Notes under the pieces: model-generated | Database searches by the model: none | What the model was told of the DNA's origin: nothing | The model's input: only the letters and a program-made list of their open reading frames with translations | Made by a program: the position numbers and the translations under genes | Part shown: positions 52,940 to 64,000 of the stretch, in pieces | How positions within the stretch are numbered: position 1 is the stretch's first letter | Layout: every line of letters begins with the position of its first letter | Assembly: GCA_049999805.1 (NCBI GenBank) | Contig: JBNGIO010005800.1 | Coordinates: 1-64,000, forward strand | Origin: Folioceros fuciformis | Taxonomy: Eukaryota | DNA: 64,000 bases | Direction of reading: 5' to 3'

Positions 52940-55141
52940 CCACTGTGCAGTGGCCCAATATAGACCATTGGAAAATAAGAGATAGTGGTCTTGTGCAAGA
53001 GCTGGGTCTGAGGTTCATGTAGAAGAAGTGGTGCTATGATAGTCTCACTTTCGTGCTAGAGTATGCTAGCTACTTGAAGAACAATGTACAGGGAGGGTCG
53101 TTGAGGTAGAGGCCACAGGATTGGAGTTCGGAGCTCTTCTGGGCAATTTACTAAATGGGGGAGGCTGAAGAGGGGGGCTTGGTGATGGATCTCCATAGGA
53201 AAAAGACCTTAAGGGAAGCAGCAGTAGCACTCACGAAGCCCGAGGAGGTGAGGGTTAACAATGGTTGGGTGGTCAGGCAGTTGGTCTCAGAGCAACTGGT
53301 TGGGCTAGCTAAGTGGATCTTGTGCTTTCTCCAGAGCAAAAAGCTGGATCATATGGCGGATCACTTCTTGGGTTTTCTCCATGAGGTAGTTCGAGGTGCA
53401 CAGGTGGACTGGGGTAGGATTATTTCCGAGCGAGCTTGTGAGGAAAGAATAAATTTGTTGGTTGCCTGCCCGCGCCCCTCCCTCATATCACCTTTTCTGA
53501 TCCACATTTTTATGTACTCCAAGTGTTTAACCAAGCTAGAAATCGTGTTCTCCCTTCATAGCTAGAAAGTAGTCAGGGAAGTTAAGGTGGAAGAGGAAGA
53601 TCCAAAGGAAGCCTTAGGGGAAGACTCCAGCAGCTAGGAGCTAGGAGCCTGAATCTCCTAAAGACTCTGAGGGGGAAGCCACGAAAGTCTGAAAGAGGAA
53701 GAGCCGGGCAACAAAGCGAGGTGTGGCTAAGAACGGGAAGACCCTAACAAGCGAATAGGAGGCAATGACCCCGACTCGTATCACCAGATCTAGGGCTATC
53801 ACATAATCGCGAGAGGAACCGGAAAAGTGGAAAAGATAGACCACCCCTACCATGGCACTGAAAAACGATGGGCTGGGAATTAATGAGACTATAGTTAGAG
53901 TAGGAGGGTAAGTGCCGGCGACGGAGGGTTCCGAGGAGTGGGAGGCCATCTTCGGGGACACTCCCCTGAACCGACTAACAAGGGTGGGAGCAAAGGGTCT
54001 AGCCCGAGCAAAAGAGTGGCTCTAGAGAAGGATGATGATAGGAGCAACCCAAATTGGCGATTTGCAAGGACTGACCTTAGACATGGCCCAGACCCAGACG
54101 GATCTGCTCAACTAGGCCCCCGTGCGGCTCACATGGCTCAACATGCACGGGCAGCATGAGAAGGTGCTGAAGGAAAAGCTGGAAGAGGTCGAAGGAAGAA
54201 ATAACATAGCGGAGGACCGAAGGAGGGCGAGTGACGAGTTGCTGGGCAAAGCACAAGAAAAATTGAGGGAACTAACGAATCAACACGAAGCCCTGGTGAA
54301 TCAGGTGAAAACAACCATGCCACAATTGAAAAACTTCAAAACAAAATCTTCCAAACTCAAGAGCTAGTGGCGAAACTGGAGAAATTCAAAAGGTTAGCTG
54401 AGAGGTACAAGCGGGAACGGGATGAGGCAAGAGCCAAGGTTAAGAGTGAGGTAGGGAGATCAAAGAAGGGGAAAGGTTCCGCTACCGCAGTGGCCGAAGC
54501 CGCAACCATGGTGAAATCGACCATGATTGTGGAACCCGCAACTAAAGTGGCTGAACCAGCAACCGTGGCAGAAGGAGGGACAAGGGGTAGTGGAACCAAC
54601 TACCAACAAACCTATGGCAGAGGAGCATGCAACACCCTTGGAATGTAGGAGGAAGCCACCCTAGGACTATCAGCGAGAGGATTGGGTAAGGACCTCTTCG
54701 GTAGAGGGCCACATTGTGCTATCACGTAGGGATGAAGAGACCTATGTCCCTAGCTTCCAATTGCATTATGAGCAGGTGCTCACTCTAAATGTGTATATGG
54801 TGGTTGGAACAGGAGGGGGCAGGAACTACTGGCTGCATCTTTAAACAGCCACGGGCTGTTACCAATCGTTCTTGCGAATAGGTGCTGGAGTGTGCCCCTG
54901 ACACGTAAGATTGCAGGAGATGATAGAAGAGGAACTGCAGGTTTGGGTGGAAGACCACACGGTAAGGTTGTCCAATGATGAAGAAACAAGGGGGAGCCCA
55001 TTGAGAGAGAAATGGGCTATGGACAGTGGAAGCGAAGTGGAGGTATTATGGAAAGATCTCCCGGATCAGCAACGGGATAGAAGGGCCAGGGGGATTCCAA
55101 CAGAGCGGAGGCCAAGGCAGCCAGAGCGGAGACGAGCATGA
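52940..55141 (+). pseudogene. Retroelement-associated extra ORF, copy 1 (stops and frameshifts)
   Basis: WPNIDHW...RPQDWSSE...EEGGL...NGWVV...VDWGRII...SLISPFLIHI, a coiled coil ending LAERYKRERDEAR, then QEMIEEELQVWVE...SEVEVL. Collinear with copy 2 at 60385-62816. Confidence 0.75.
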
Positions 55142-56167
55142 TAGTCTATGAAGCACTAGGTCAGATTTTTGTTATAGGATAATCAACTCATGAATTCTGA
55201 ACCAAGTAGTGTTAACCGTAGAAGAGTCTCTTTTGATACACAATTTTAGATGTGAGCTTTCTTGTGCTGAATTTGTGCACTGTGGGTTGGAGACATCCGA
55301 TCGATGGTGACCTGATTCGGCATGTTGTCCTCTCGTGACAAGAGGACTTGGAAGATCCCTGGGTGGTCGAGAGCTATGTGACCTAGCTCCGCGATTGGGG
55401 TGGCTAGTGGAAAGGGGTGCTCTAGACCTATGAGGAAGAGAAATTGCTGCAGAAGGTTAGGGTGGGAACGTGAGTTTCACGAAACCACTAGAAAGCCGAG
55501 AGGGAGCATGAGTTTTGCGAAACTCTTGTGAGCCGTACGGCTATGACTTTTTCCTTCCTCACTTCGCTGCCTAACCAGGCCGTGTTCAATCTTTGTGAGG
55601 GGTCTATGTGGCCCAAGCAGGACAATTGAGTGGAGATTTGGTGTGTGAGAAGTGTGTGTGGTTGAAATTGAGAAGTGTTGAGGAAGAGTGCTAATAGATT
55701 GAGTGGAGGAATCAGTGAGAATCAGTGATATAGTGTAGCGCCGAGGTGTGGTTGGCTTTAATCTGCATCTACCAGTGTGATATGGTTGTAGAATAATGTG
55801 AGCAGGGCTTGGTGTGCATGAGAATTAGTCCGCACACGCAATAGCCCCTTCACAGACATCGCCAGAAACCCCACATCATCCAAGCGCCGCGACACCGGTG
55901 CGCCAAAAGGGTGGGTCCCACCACGATGATCAAATCCACTACTATGGTGGCGAAACTCACTATGGTGGTGAAGCCAGGACGACGATTGTGAACTTAGCCA
56001 CGATGGTGGAGTACGTCCGAGTAGGAACTCACAGTAGAGAGTCTAGAAGTCATAGATTTAGAACAACTTGACACGAACCATTCCCTTGGGATCGAATCCT
56101 AGCACTATAACGATATAGAGGGTGAATGTGGGCCTCATTGTGTCCCTAGATACAAAATATCACATTT

Positions 56168-56185
56168 TGGTGCCGTTGCTGGGGA
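56168..56185 (+). promoter_or_regulatory. Primer-binding site complementary to tRNA-Asp (Athila type)
   Basis: TGGTGCCGTTGCTGGGGA directly after ...CA TTT. Confidence 0.85.
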
Positions 56186-57139
56186 ATGACCTGCTGTCAA
56201 GGTTTTAGATGGGACTAACCTTACCTTGTATGTTCATGCTTGAGTGTGTCAGATTGGTAGATGGATGCCACAAGTTGAGTTAGAGGATTCTGAGTCAAGT
56301 CGTGAAGAGCAGCCCCAAGTGACGCGACAACGCTAGGCAAAGGAAAGGTTGTGAAGGGCTGCAAATTGAGAGCTCAGGAGGGCTCAGTTGGAAGACGCAC
56401 TTTCTGGAAGGGAAAGGGGGGTAAGGAATAGATCGAGATTTGGGGGTCCAATCTTGTTGGAGCAAGATCCTCAATCTCTTGTTTTGGACGAGGTACCATG
56501 GCCAAGGAACCTTGGTCCAACCTTGTCTTCTAACCCTTCTCTTAGAGGTGTGCGAGCTGCTGCAACCCAGCCAACTTTTGCAAACGACGTTGCTGAGACA
56601 GACACGGTAGTGTCGTGCTGTGCCGCTAAACATCGAACTCATGCATAATTCATAAGTTAACAATACTCACACCACACAACATTACACACAAATTAAACAC
56701 TGCATGATGGTGCTGCAGCTCTATGTAAGAGTGAAGCGTTTACTTCCTTCAGTCACCACAAAATCTCCTCCACTTGCATCCATACTTCTCAAAGCTGTAA
56801 CTTGGGCTTCTTAAATCCTCAATTGGGTCACATAATCTTCCACACTGCGCAGACGCACACCTCAATCGGATTTCCAATAGGAGAATGCTCCCTCAAGAGA
56901 AAGTCTATTCTCAGAAAGCAAGAGAATACAAGCTTACAGTTGCAGCGGACACCATTGAGCTAGGCTTTTATGCCTGCTACTTGAGACTTGCTGTAGCCAC
57001 ATCCACACCTCTAGTTGTGTGTCTATCTAGTTGACTTTATATTATATTATAGTTTTCTAATCATGCTCACTAAATAGTTATTAATTATCACTAATAGCAT
57101 TCATTATTATCACTTAATTATTAAATAATTATTATTTGC

Positions 57140-57836
57140 ATGCATCTAAGCGACAACACACACGTGGCTGTCACCACCAAGCAACCTTATCCATTATATG
57201 GAGAGAAGAAGGGGTATGAGAATCCTGATGAGTTTGTTGAGCGTTTTGAGCAGCTAACAATTGCAAATCAGGAGGTGGGGGATGCTAAGTGCATTCATTT
57301 ATTCCATGGAGTTCTTCGAGGAGGGCCAGCTAAGTGGTATAGACACGAGTACTTCAAGATGGTAACACCCCCGATCACCTTTGAAGCCTTGAAGGACGCT
57401 TTTTGTGAAAGATTTAGGGAGATCGATGTGGAGGGCTGTGTTTTGTCCAAGTTGGAGCAGATGCGTAGGAAAAGGAAGGAAACCTTGCAAGCATATGTTG
57501 AGAGGTTTCACAACTTGCGTGATCGCAGTGGTCCTCATTCAAAACTATAGGCCATACGGTGGTTCGCTAGGGAACTAGGTACAAAAATGGGGAGACATGT
57601 GAGGCTGCAAGTGGAGAAGAGTTTGGATCGAGCAATTAGTGTAGCACTGAATTATGAAGAATCCAACTTGCAAGAGATAAAGAGAACGAGGAGGGAGGAG
57701 AAGAAAACCAAGAGGGATGGGAGGAAGCCCGCAAAAGGGAAAATGAAGAGGAATTTCTCCTCCTCCTCGGAAGGGAGCTCCACAAAAGGGAAGAACTCTT
57801 CAAAAGGTACTTTAGAGGATTCCATGGAGGAAGAAA
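57140..57836 (+). pseudogene. Gypsy gag (Retrotrans_gag) with internal stop, cut by an LTR insertion
   Basis: PDEFVERFE...LRGGPAKWY...FEALKDAFCERF...ETLQAYVERFHNL; TAG at 57548-57550; continues as SLDRAISVALNYEE. Confidence 0.85.
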
Positions 57837-59960
57837 TGTTACGGAATGGATAATCTACCCGTAACCCTACTGACCAGCTAGTTACCGTAGACCGTAATTA
57901 ATAGTGTTTAATAATTACGAACGGGTGTGCCTCTTCAGAAGAGACACCTAGTGACATTATTTAAGACACACTTTGTAAACACCTTCCGTAGATTAACACA
58001 AAATATCTTTCTAAGCATTGCGTCTTGATCATGCTAGACTAGATGCAATCCTAATCATGCTAGATTGGATGCAATCCTACTACTAGGATTTTCACATGGT
58101 ATCAGAGCTTCGGCTTACATGGTCTTCTGATCATGGCTAGAAACATGTTGTTGAGGTTGCGCAAGCGATATCCAAAGTTTTGAGAACCTTACCCGCTTGC
58201 TGATAAACCCTCTCGACGAGCTTTTCCGACACTGCAAAAGAAATCATGCATTAGATCATGATAGTCCTTTTTTCGTTCAAACTACAAAAAGAATCTTGCA
58301 GATGCTAGTCGAGACCTATCGATCTAGAATAGGGAAAATGTAAGCCAAAAGAAGGTTGTCTCTCCTAGAATGTCTAGGAAACATAGTGCCTAGGCTTAGA
58401 AAATCCTCTCAAAATTTTCTCTATAAAAATAAGGCAACATGGTAGTTCCCCCATTCGGGTAATGATCCAGGGCAAGGGCGCTTAATCCCGAATTTTGGGT
58501 GGAAGCCTAGCTAACCCCTCCCATTTTCTCAGCTTGCCTAAGGTTTGCAAGCCTGAAAATATGAGCAAAAAGAAAGTCTAAATGAACGTAAAAAACAACA
58601 ACGGGAGAGGCGCGGCGCCTTGTTAGCTGGGTCTCCATTCTAGTTCTTCAACTATGAGATGTGACAAAATAACTTCTGTCACCTGTGCTCATCAAGAAAT
58701 ATCCGGAACATAGACCCCCACCTTGTGGCTTTCCACAAAAATTGATGGGTAATAGTTCAAGTACTTCAACCACTGGTCGTGAAGACTTGAGTTTTGAACA
58801 TGGCTTGGTGTCTCATGATAGACAGCTGACAAGCATCATTAGCATCCAGGAGCAATATTGCAGGAAAGGTTGTTAGGACCCACATGCAAGGACTCCTCTA
58901 TGGTCAAAAAGAGTGTAACAGAGGGCACTCTGTTACTATAGCTGACAAACCATGACACAAACTGTCCTCATAAAATGCTGGAATGAGGTAAAGTGTCATA
59001 TCAAGTATATAACCTAATTCCTTGAGAAGGTGTGTGACTTCAGATGTTACTGTCAAGCTCACCGTACCCATGCCCTACAAATAAGAGACCTTGCATCTCC
59101 TAAGTGAATTTCATGCCCTTGACTATCAGGTACATGTCACAAAAAGGCTAAGAGACCTTGCGCCTCTTAGGCTGTAATACATGTTCTCAATTGACCTATA
59201 TGTCACAATTGAGCTAAGAGACCTTGCGTCCCCTAAGCAATAATACACATCCTTAATTGACTTGTATGTGAGAAATGTCTTCCAATCCAAACATATACGA
59301 GCACTAGCTGCTGTATGAAAAACACCACACTGCATGTGGTTTAACTTATGCTTTGGTGGACAGACACGTAGGTAGCAGAGGAAGATGAGACGCGCTAAAG
59401 CCTGGTTAGTACACAGTGAGCCCAACTCTTCTTGACTACCACGTGAGAGAGATCAACAAAGGTGCTCTTATTGCGAGAATCAGATTATTGCTTCTTTCTT
59501 CAATCACGTTCCAAGAGTGCGGGTATAAAAAACACCTAACTCGGAGTATGTTTATACACTGTTGTATAAATTTCTCCTTACTGTTTATACTCTGTTGTAT
59601 AAACTTCTCATGTAGGAAAGACCTCCATGAGAGCATCCTTCCGGAAAGTAATATGGTAATTTGGCTTTGCGCCTTCACCATTAGAGAAGTGCCAAACCCT
59701 GATGTTTGACAGAACGTCTGTGTAGGTACCTACTTATGTCGACTTTCGGCAGGACTTCCACTAGATCGCCAATTCCTGCAATTAGTAGATCTGCTAGCAT
59801 TGTGTCTTGGGCTTGAGCAAATGTGTTAGATGTAAAATATGTAACCAACTTGCTGGTGGAGAATGACATTTCTACTGAGAACCAGGTGCATTGGTGTGAA
59901 CGAAAAAAACTTTCGGAACCCCCATTTTGAGCGACGGAATGAGCAGGTTGTGATTCTTTT
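57837..59960 (+). mobile_element. Decayed Copia-like element nested in the gag: ~260-bp LTR, Met PBS, pol remnants
   Basis: TGTTACGG at 57837 to CA at 58095-58096, followed directly by TGGTATCAGAGC (58097-58108). Remnants YCRKG (knuckle), LRDLAPL-like motif three times (RT KDLG-like) and DYHVRE (RNase H). A second RNase H-like remnant lies on the minus strand near 59760-59960. Confidence 0.6.
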
Positions 59961-60005
59961 GTGAAGGGACAGGCGAATCGGCTAAGTAAGCGAGTAAGAC
60001 CGGGG

Positions 60006-63000
60006 TGTTTACCCCCAAAGTCCACCTTGGGCTTCGGGGTTTGGGGAGTACGGGAGATCGGGACAAGGAGGGGGAAGCAGCGAGTGCCTCCTTGGCCCTC
60101 GGGTCATTGAGAACATTAAGGTAGGCAAAAGTAAGGGCCCGAGGTGACGGGGCAACGGTAGCCGGCAGGGCAACTGTTACCGGAGGAACGACTCGAGCTA
60201 GCCCGACGGGCGTAAGGGGAGAAAGCAGGCAGGGTATAAAAACCCTAGAGAAAGGGGGGCTCTATCCAGCATCCGAAAGTACGGGGAGCAGGAGTAACTT
60301 GAAGCGTGAAGCGGCTGAAAGAGGGGAAAGCGCCAGGACGACAGGAGAGACGGCGCAGGGTGTGAGAGGAGGAGGACAGGCAGAATGAGGGCGCGGCCTG
60401 AACTGATCCTTGGAGCAGCAGCCTCTAGACAGGAGGGGGGGCCTCCTGTCCCCCGAAGTGACCTACTCCTGTGGCCCAATATGGAGCACTGGAGGGTCAG
60501 GGCAGGGAAGTTGGTGGCAGAGCGGGGTTTGAGCTTTATGACCCAGAAGTGGAACCATGCAGCACCCCAGCTGGTCAGGGAGTGCGCCCTATGGCTGATA
60601 GAGCCTGTACGCAAGGAGAGGATTAGAGGCAGACCCCAGGAATGGAGCCTAGAGTTGATTAGGAAGGTCTACGGGCGCGACCAACAGGAGGAGGGGGGAC
60701 TGGTGCTGGAGTCCCTAAAGAAGCGTGGCGGGACGGGAGCCGCGGAAACGTTGCTCAAGGCAAGCACGAAAAAGGAAGCGAACGGGTGGCTAGTGCGCGA
60801 CATGGCAAGTCCTTAGTTGTTGGGATTGGCCAGGTGGTTCCTGAGCTTCTTCCGAGTGCGTAAACAGGATTATATGTCCGACCAGATGCTCTTGTTTGTG
60901 CATGAAGTAGTGAAAGGTACCAGGATCGACTGGGGGCGGATTTTATATGTCCGAATGGATGAGGAGAGGCAGAACCTGATCCGACCCAATCCTGAACCTT
61001 CTATGATTTCCCCGTTCCTAATCCATGTGTACAGTTACTCTAACCTAGTCACTGAGCTAGAAATGCTGGCCTCGCTGCACCTGTGGAAGCCAGTTCGCGA
61101 TGTGAAGTGGAAGCCCGCTGAGCTAGCAAGGGCTGCCTCCAGCAGTTGGGAAGCTGACAGTGGAAATAGCTTGCAGGAGGAAACCCCAATCAAGCCCAGG
61201 AAGAGGATGGTGCTACAGAAGAAGACTCCTGTCAAGAGGAAAAGGGCCAGAGGACAAAGTGTGAGCATGGGGGCTGATCAGGAGGAAGAGGGGGCAACCC
61301 TGGAGCAGAAGGGCCAGTAGGAGGGAGGACGAGAACCAGCAGTCCAAGGAATTGAGGACCGAAGGTTGGAGGAGCAAGGTCAGGGTGAGACAAGACCTAA
61401 GGGGCCACAGGATCAGGTGATGGCAGCGGACACAGTTTCCTCCAGACAGGAGGATAAGTTAGGGCGTGTTTCAGCACAAGAGGGTTTCTCAGGGTGGGAG
61501 GACATTTTCAGGTGCAGGCCTCAGGGAGACAGGTTGCAGGTGGGGGACCTGGACAAGTTGCGAGAATTCCTGGGCATACAAATCACGGCAAGAGGAATGG
61601 GCACCGAACGGGTGTAGGAGGTGGACCTACCTGGGCTGACTGCTGCGGTGGTGCAAGCCCAAGCAGACCTCCTGGATCAGGCTGCTAGGGCCCTGACCTG
61701 GTTAAGTGTACAATCGGAGCGAGAAACCAAGACTCAAGGAAAGGAGGAGGAGTCTCGTGAGCGAGAGGTTGAAGTAAGGAGGCAACTAGCGGAGTCGTAG
61801 ACAGCGCGGCAACTGCNNNNNNNNNNNNNNNNNNNNNNNNNNNNNNNNNNNNNNNNNNNNNNNNNNNNNNNNNNNNNNNNNNNNNNNNNNNNNNNNNNNN
61901 NNNNNNNNNNNNNNNNGCGGCAACTGCTGGAGGAGAAGCAACGGGTCCTGGACAGGGAGAAGGCTCAAGCCAAGGAAGAGGCGCGCGAGGCGAGGGCTGA
62001 AGTGCAGGCGCTGAAGGAACAACAGGGGGCCCTGCTAGCTCAGGTGAGGGAGGCTCACGAGGCTAACCTGGAGTTGCAACAGGAAATGGCTAAGGCAGAG
62101 GAGATGGAGATAGCCGCTGTGGAGCAGGCCCAGAAGTTAGCTGACAGATACAAGCGAGAGCGGGATGAGGCCAGAGAGAGAGTGAAGGGGAAGAGCAAGG
62201 CTGGGCGCCCGAGTCAGTCGACGACCCCGGTAGCGGAAGGGGCTATCGGTAGCCAAACCAGGGGAACGGTAGTCGAGGAGGCTACCGGTAGCCGGGTAGT
62301 CCACGGGACTACCGGTAGTCGAGTAGCCGACGGGGCTACCGGTGGCCCAGTGAGGCCCAGGATAGCTGAGGAACCAACCCTGGAGAAGAAGGAGGCAGCA
62401 GTAGGGGCGCCTGCCCCTAGGCGCTCTAGGAGGGTGGCCCGTACCAGGAGAACAGAGCCGGAGGAGGCAACAGCTGGGCAGGCAGAGAACCTTCAGGTAC
62501 CCCAGCAGGAGGGGGAGCAGGCAACCCGAGGTAGCCCAAGGGAGGACGGGGAGGGACGCGGGGCTACGTCCTACAAGTGAGGACGCGCCTGGGATTCTAC
62601 CACTACAGATGGTGGGTGACAGGGCTGCCCCACTGCTATCCGGAGGCAGTTTTGGAGGAACTGACGGAAGAGGAGGCCCAGCGCTGGGTAGAACGGGAGC
62701 TTGTGGCTGTCCACAGCAACCAGAGAAGGAGGAGGGGTGGTGGACCACAGTGGCGGGACCCACCTGCGCTGCCAGCAAGGCCCAGCAGTAGCAGCAGTGA
62801 TGTGGAGATCCTCTGAGAGGATCTGCCGGACCAACGGAGAGGCAGAAGAGTGAGAGGAGGAGCAGTGAACGGTGACGTGCGAAGGCCAGGAGGAAGCCGT
62901 CATCGGCGTGGGACAGGGCGATAGTAAATGCAGGCTAGATTAGTTTTTTTTAGTGTGCTTTATTTGGACCCAAGTCGCTCAGAATTTAAGAGCGCACCTC

Positions 63001-64000
63001 CCCTACCTGACAGACTTTATGGCGGGAAAACCGCCATCACCGTGTACAAGAGGCCGGTTTGAAGGCCTAAGAAAGGAGCAAGAACCAGCCGAAAAGTCGA
63101 CCGTGCAGGGACCTAGCGATGGCCGTTGCTGGACGGGAGGTCCAGGCAAGCGAGCGCACGTAGCAACTTGGGGTGCGGGTGTAGGTGGTGTGCGCTCCGT
63201 GATCAGGTCCGGGGACGAATCGGGAGGAGGTGCGTCGCCGAGTGGGAGAGAAGCTCCCCAACTATCCTCGAAGTGGTCACGTGGTTGGTGTGGGTGATGG
63301 AGCCGAATCCGCGAGTGCGGAGTGGAAGGGATTCCTCTTCCCTTAGCTCCGGTACCTCACCATTCCTCAACATTCATAGGAGCCCAGGAGGGGCATTGCT
63401 GAGAAAGAAGACGAAAGAACCGGAGAAAGAGGAAGCGCGAGGGTGCGCGTGTGTGGGAAAGGGGAGAAGCGAGTGACCGAGTAATGAGTAAGGGCGAATT
63501 TGAAGGGATGCCAGAAGGAGTGGAAGCCGGAAGTGAAGCGAAGTGTGACTGATCGCGGTGAGCCTGGAGAGGTCGTGAAGAAGTTGAATTGAGACCGCAG
63601 AGGGTGTATCTAAGGTGTGAGATCCCTCGGGTGGAAGGCGACCGGCAGATTGTTGCTGTTCATGTGTGCGTGCGTTTGATCCTGAGGAGTGAGGGGCGGC
63701 TTTGTGGAGAACCAAGGAAGGGAAGCGCAAAGGGAATGCGCGGAAAAAACGGTCGGGAAGGGACGACTCGGAGAGAGAGAAAACTCTAGAGAGAGAGAGA
63801 GAGGGAGAGAGAGAGGACCCACGAGTGGTAGCCCGAAAGACAACGGTAGTAGCCCCCTGGGGAATGGAGAGTAGCCCAGTGGGCAACCAAGAGTAGTCCA
63901 GGGGGAGGTAGTCCCTGGAGTGACAGAGTGGTAGGGGAGTCGCCTGGAGGAAGAAGTAAGGGGGCTTGGTAAGGTCTGAGCATTGGACGTGTGTGGGTGG
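60006..64000 (+). mobile_element. Second LTR-type element beginning TGTTTACCCCC and carrying extra-ORF copy 2; runs off the window
   Basis: TG terminus at 60006; TATA-like gggtataaaa near 60233; purine-rich; ORF homologous to 52940-55141. Confidence 0.6.
60385..62816 (+). pseudogene. Retroelement-associated extra ORF, copy 2 (long reading frame with in-frame stops and an N gap)
   Basis: Adjacent same-frame ORFs separated by single stops: WPNMEHW...GRPQEWSLE...EEGGL...NGWLV...IDWGRIL...SMISPFLIHV, coiled coil ending LADRYKRERDEAR, GATGS repeats, then LEELTEEEAQRWVE...SDVEIL in a shifted frame. Confidence 0.75.

Larger units (their letters stand above)
52500..57836 (+). mobile_element. Athila-like Gypsy element, 5' part: extra ORF region, LTR end, tRNA-Asp PBS, gag (interrupted)
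   Basis: TATA-like ccctatataagg near 52505; LTR-end-like ttcccttgggatcga (~56082) and terminal CA at 56163-56164; PBS at 56168-56185; Retrotrans_gag motifs from 57140. Confidence 0.75.

Overview
Nuclear DNA from a compact seed-free land-plant genome. Short GT-AG introns, about 50% GC, PLS-class PPR genes with a PG..SWW box and a plastid-type peptidoglycan enzyme fit a hornwort best; the taxon is inferred. Left end (1-7.4 kb): TE debris (LTR remnant, a long-TIR element enclosing an RT/RNase H LINE fragment, minisatellites) and an LRR pseudogene. Gene-dense core (7.8-50 kb): ALS3/STAR2-like permease, SOBIR1-like LRR receptor kinase, PTC7-type PP2C, an AT-rich island with a head-to-head intronless pair (complex I B14.5a/NDUFA7-like and PFK5-like phosphofructokinase), a P-class PPR, tRNA-Leu(AAG), two tandem PLS-E PPR editing factors lacking a complete DYW domain, BTL1-like carrier, two possibly related orphan membrane ORFs, an intronless MltB-family lytic murein transglycosylase with a transit-peptide-like leader, tRNA-Arg(ACG), a DUF26 fragment, a PLS-PPR pseudogene, a PLAC8 gene and an Alba-RGG gene. 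Right end (50.8-64 kb): nested LTR retroelements, including two diverged copies of a long non-gag/pol ORF that appears to lie upstream of the PBS, possibly inside the LTR, of an Athila-like element. Four N gaps: 4019-4118, 5489-5498, 44939-45038, 61817-61916. All family assignments come from motif recognition by eye; no searches were run.
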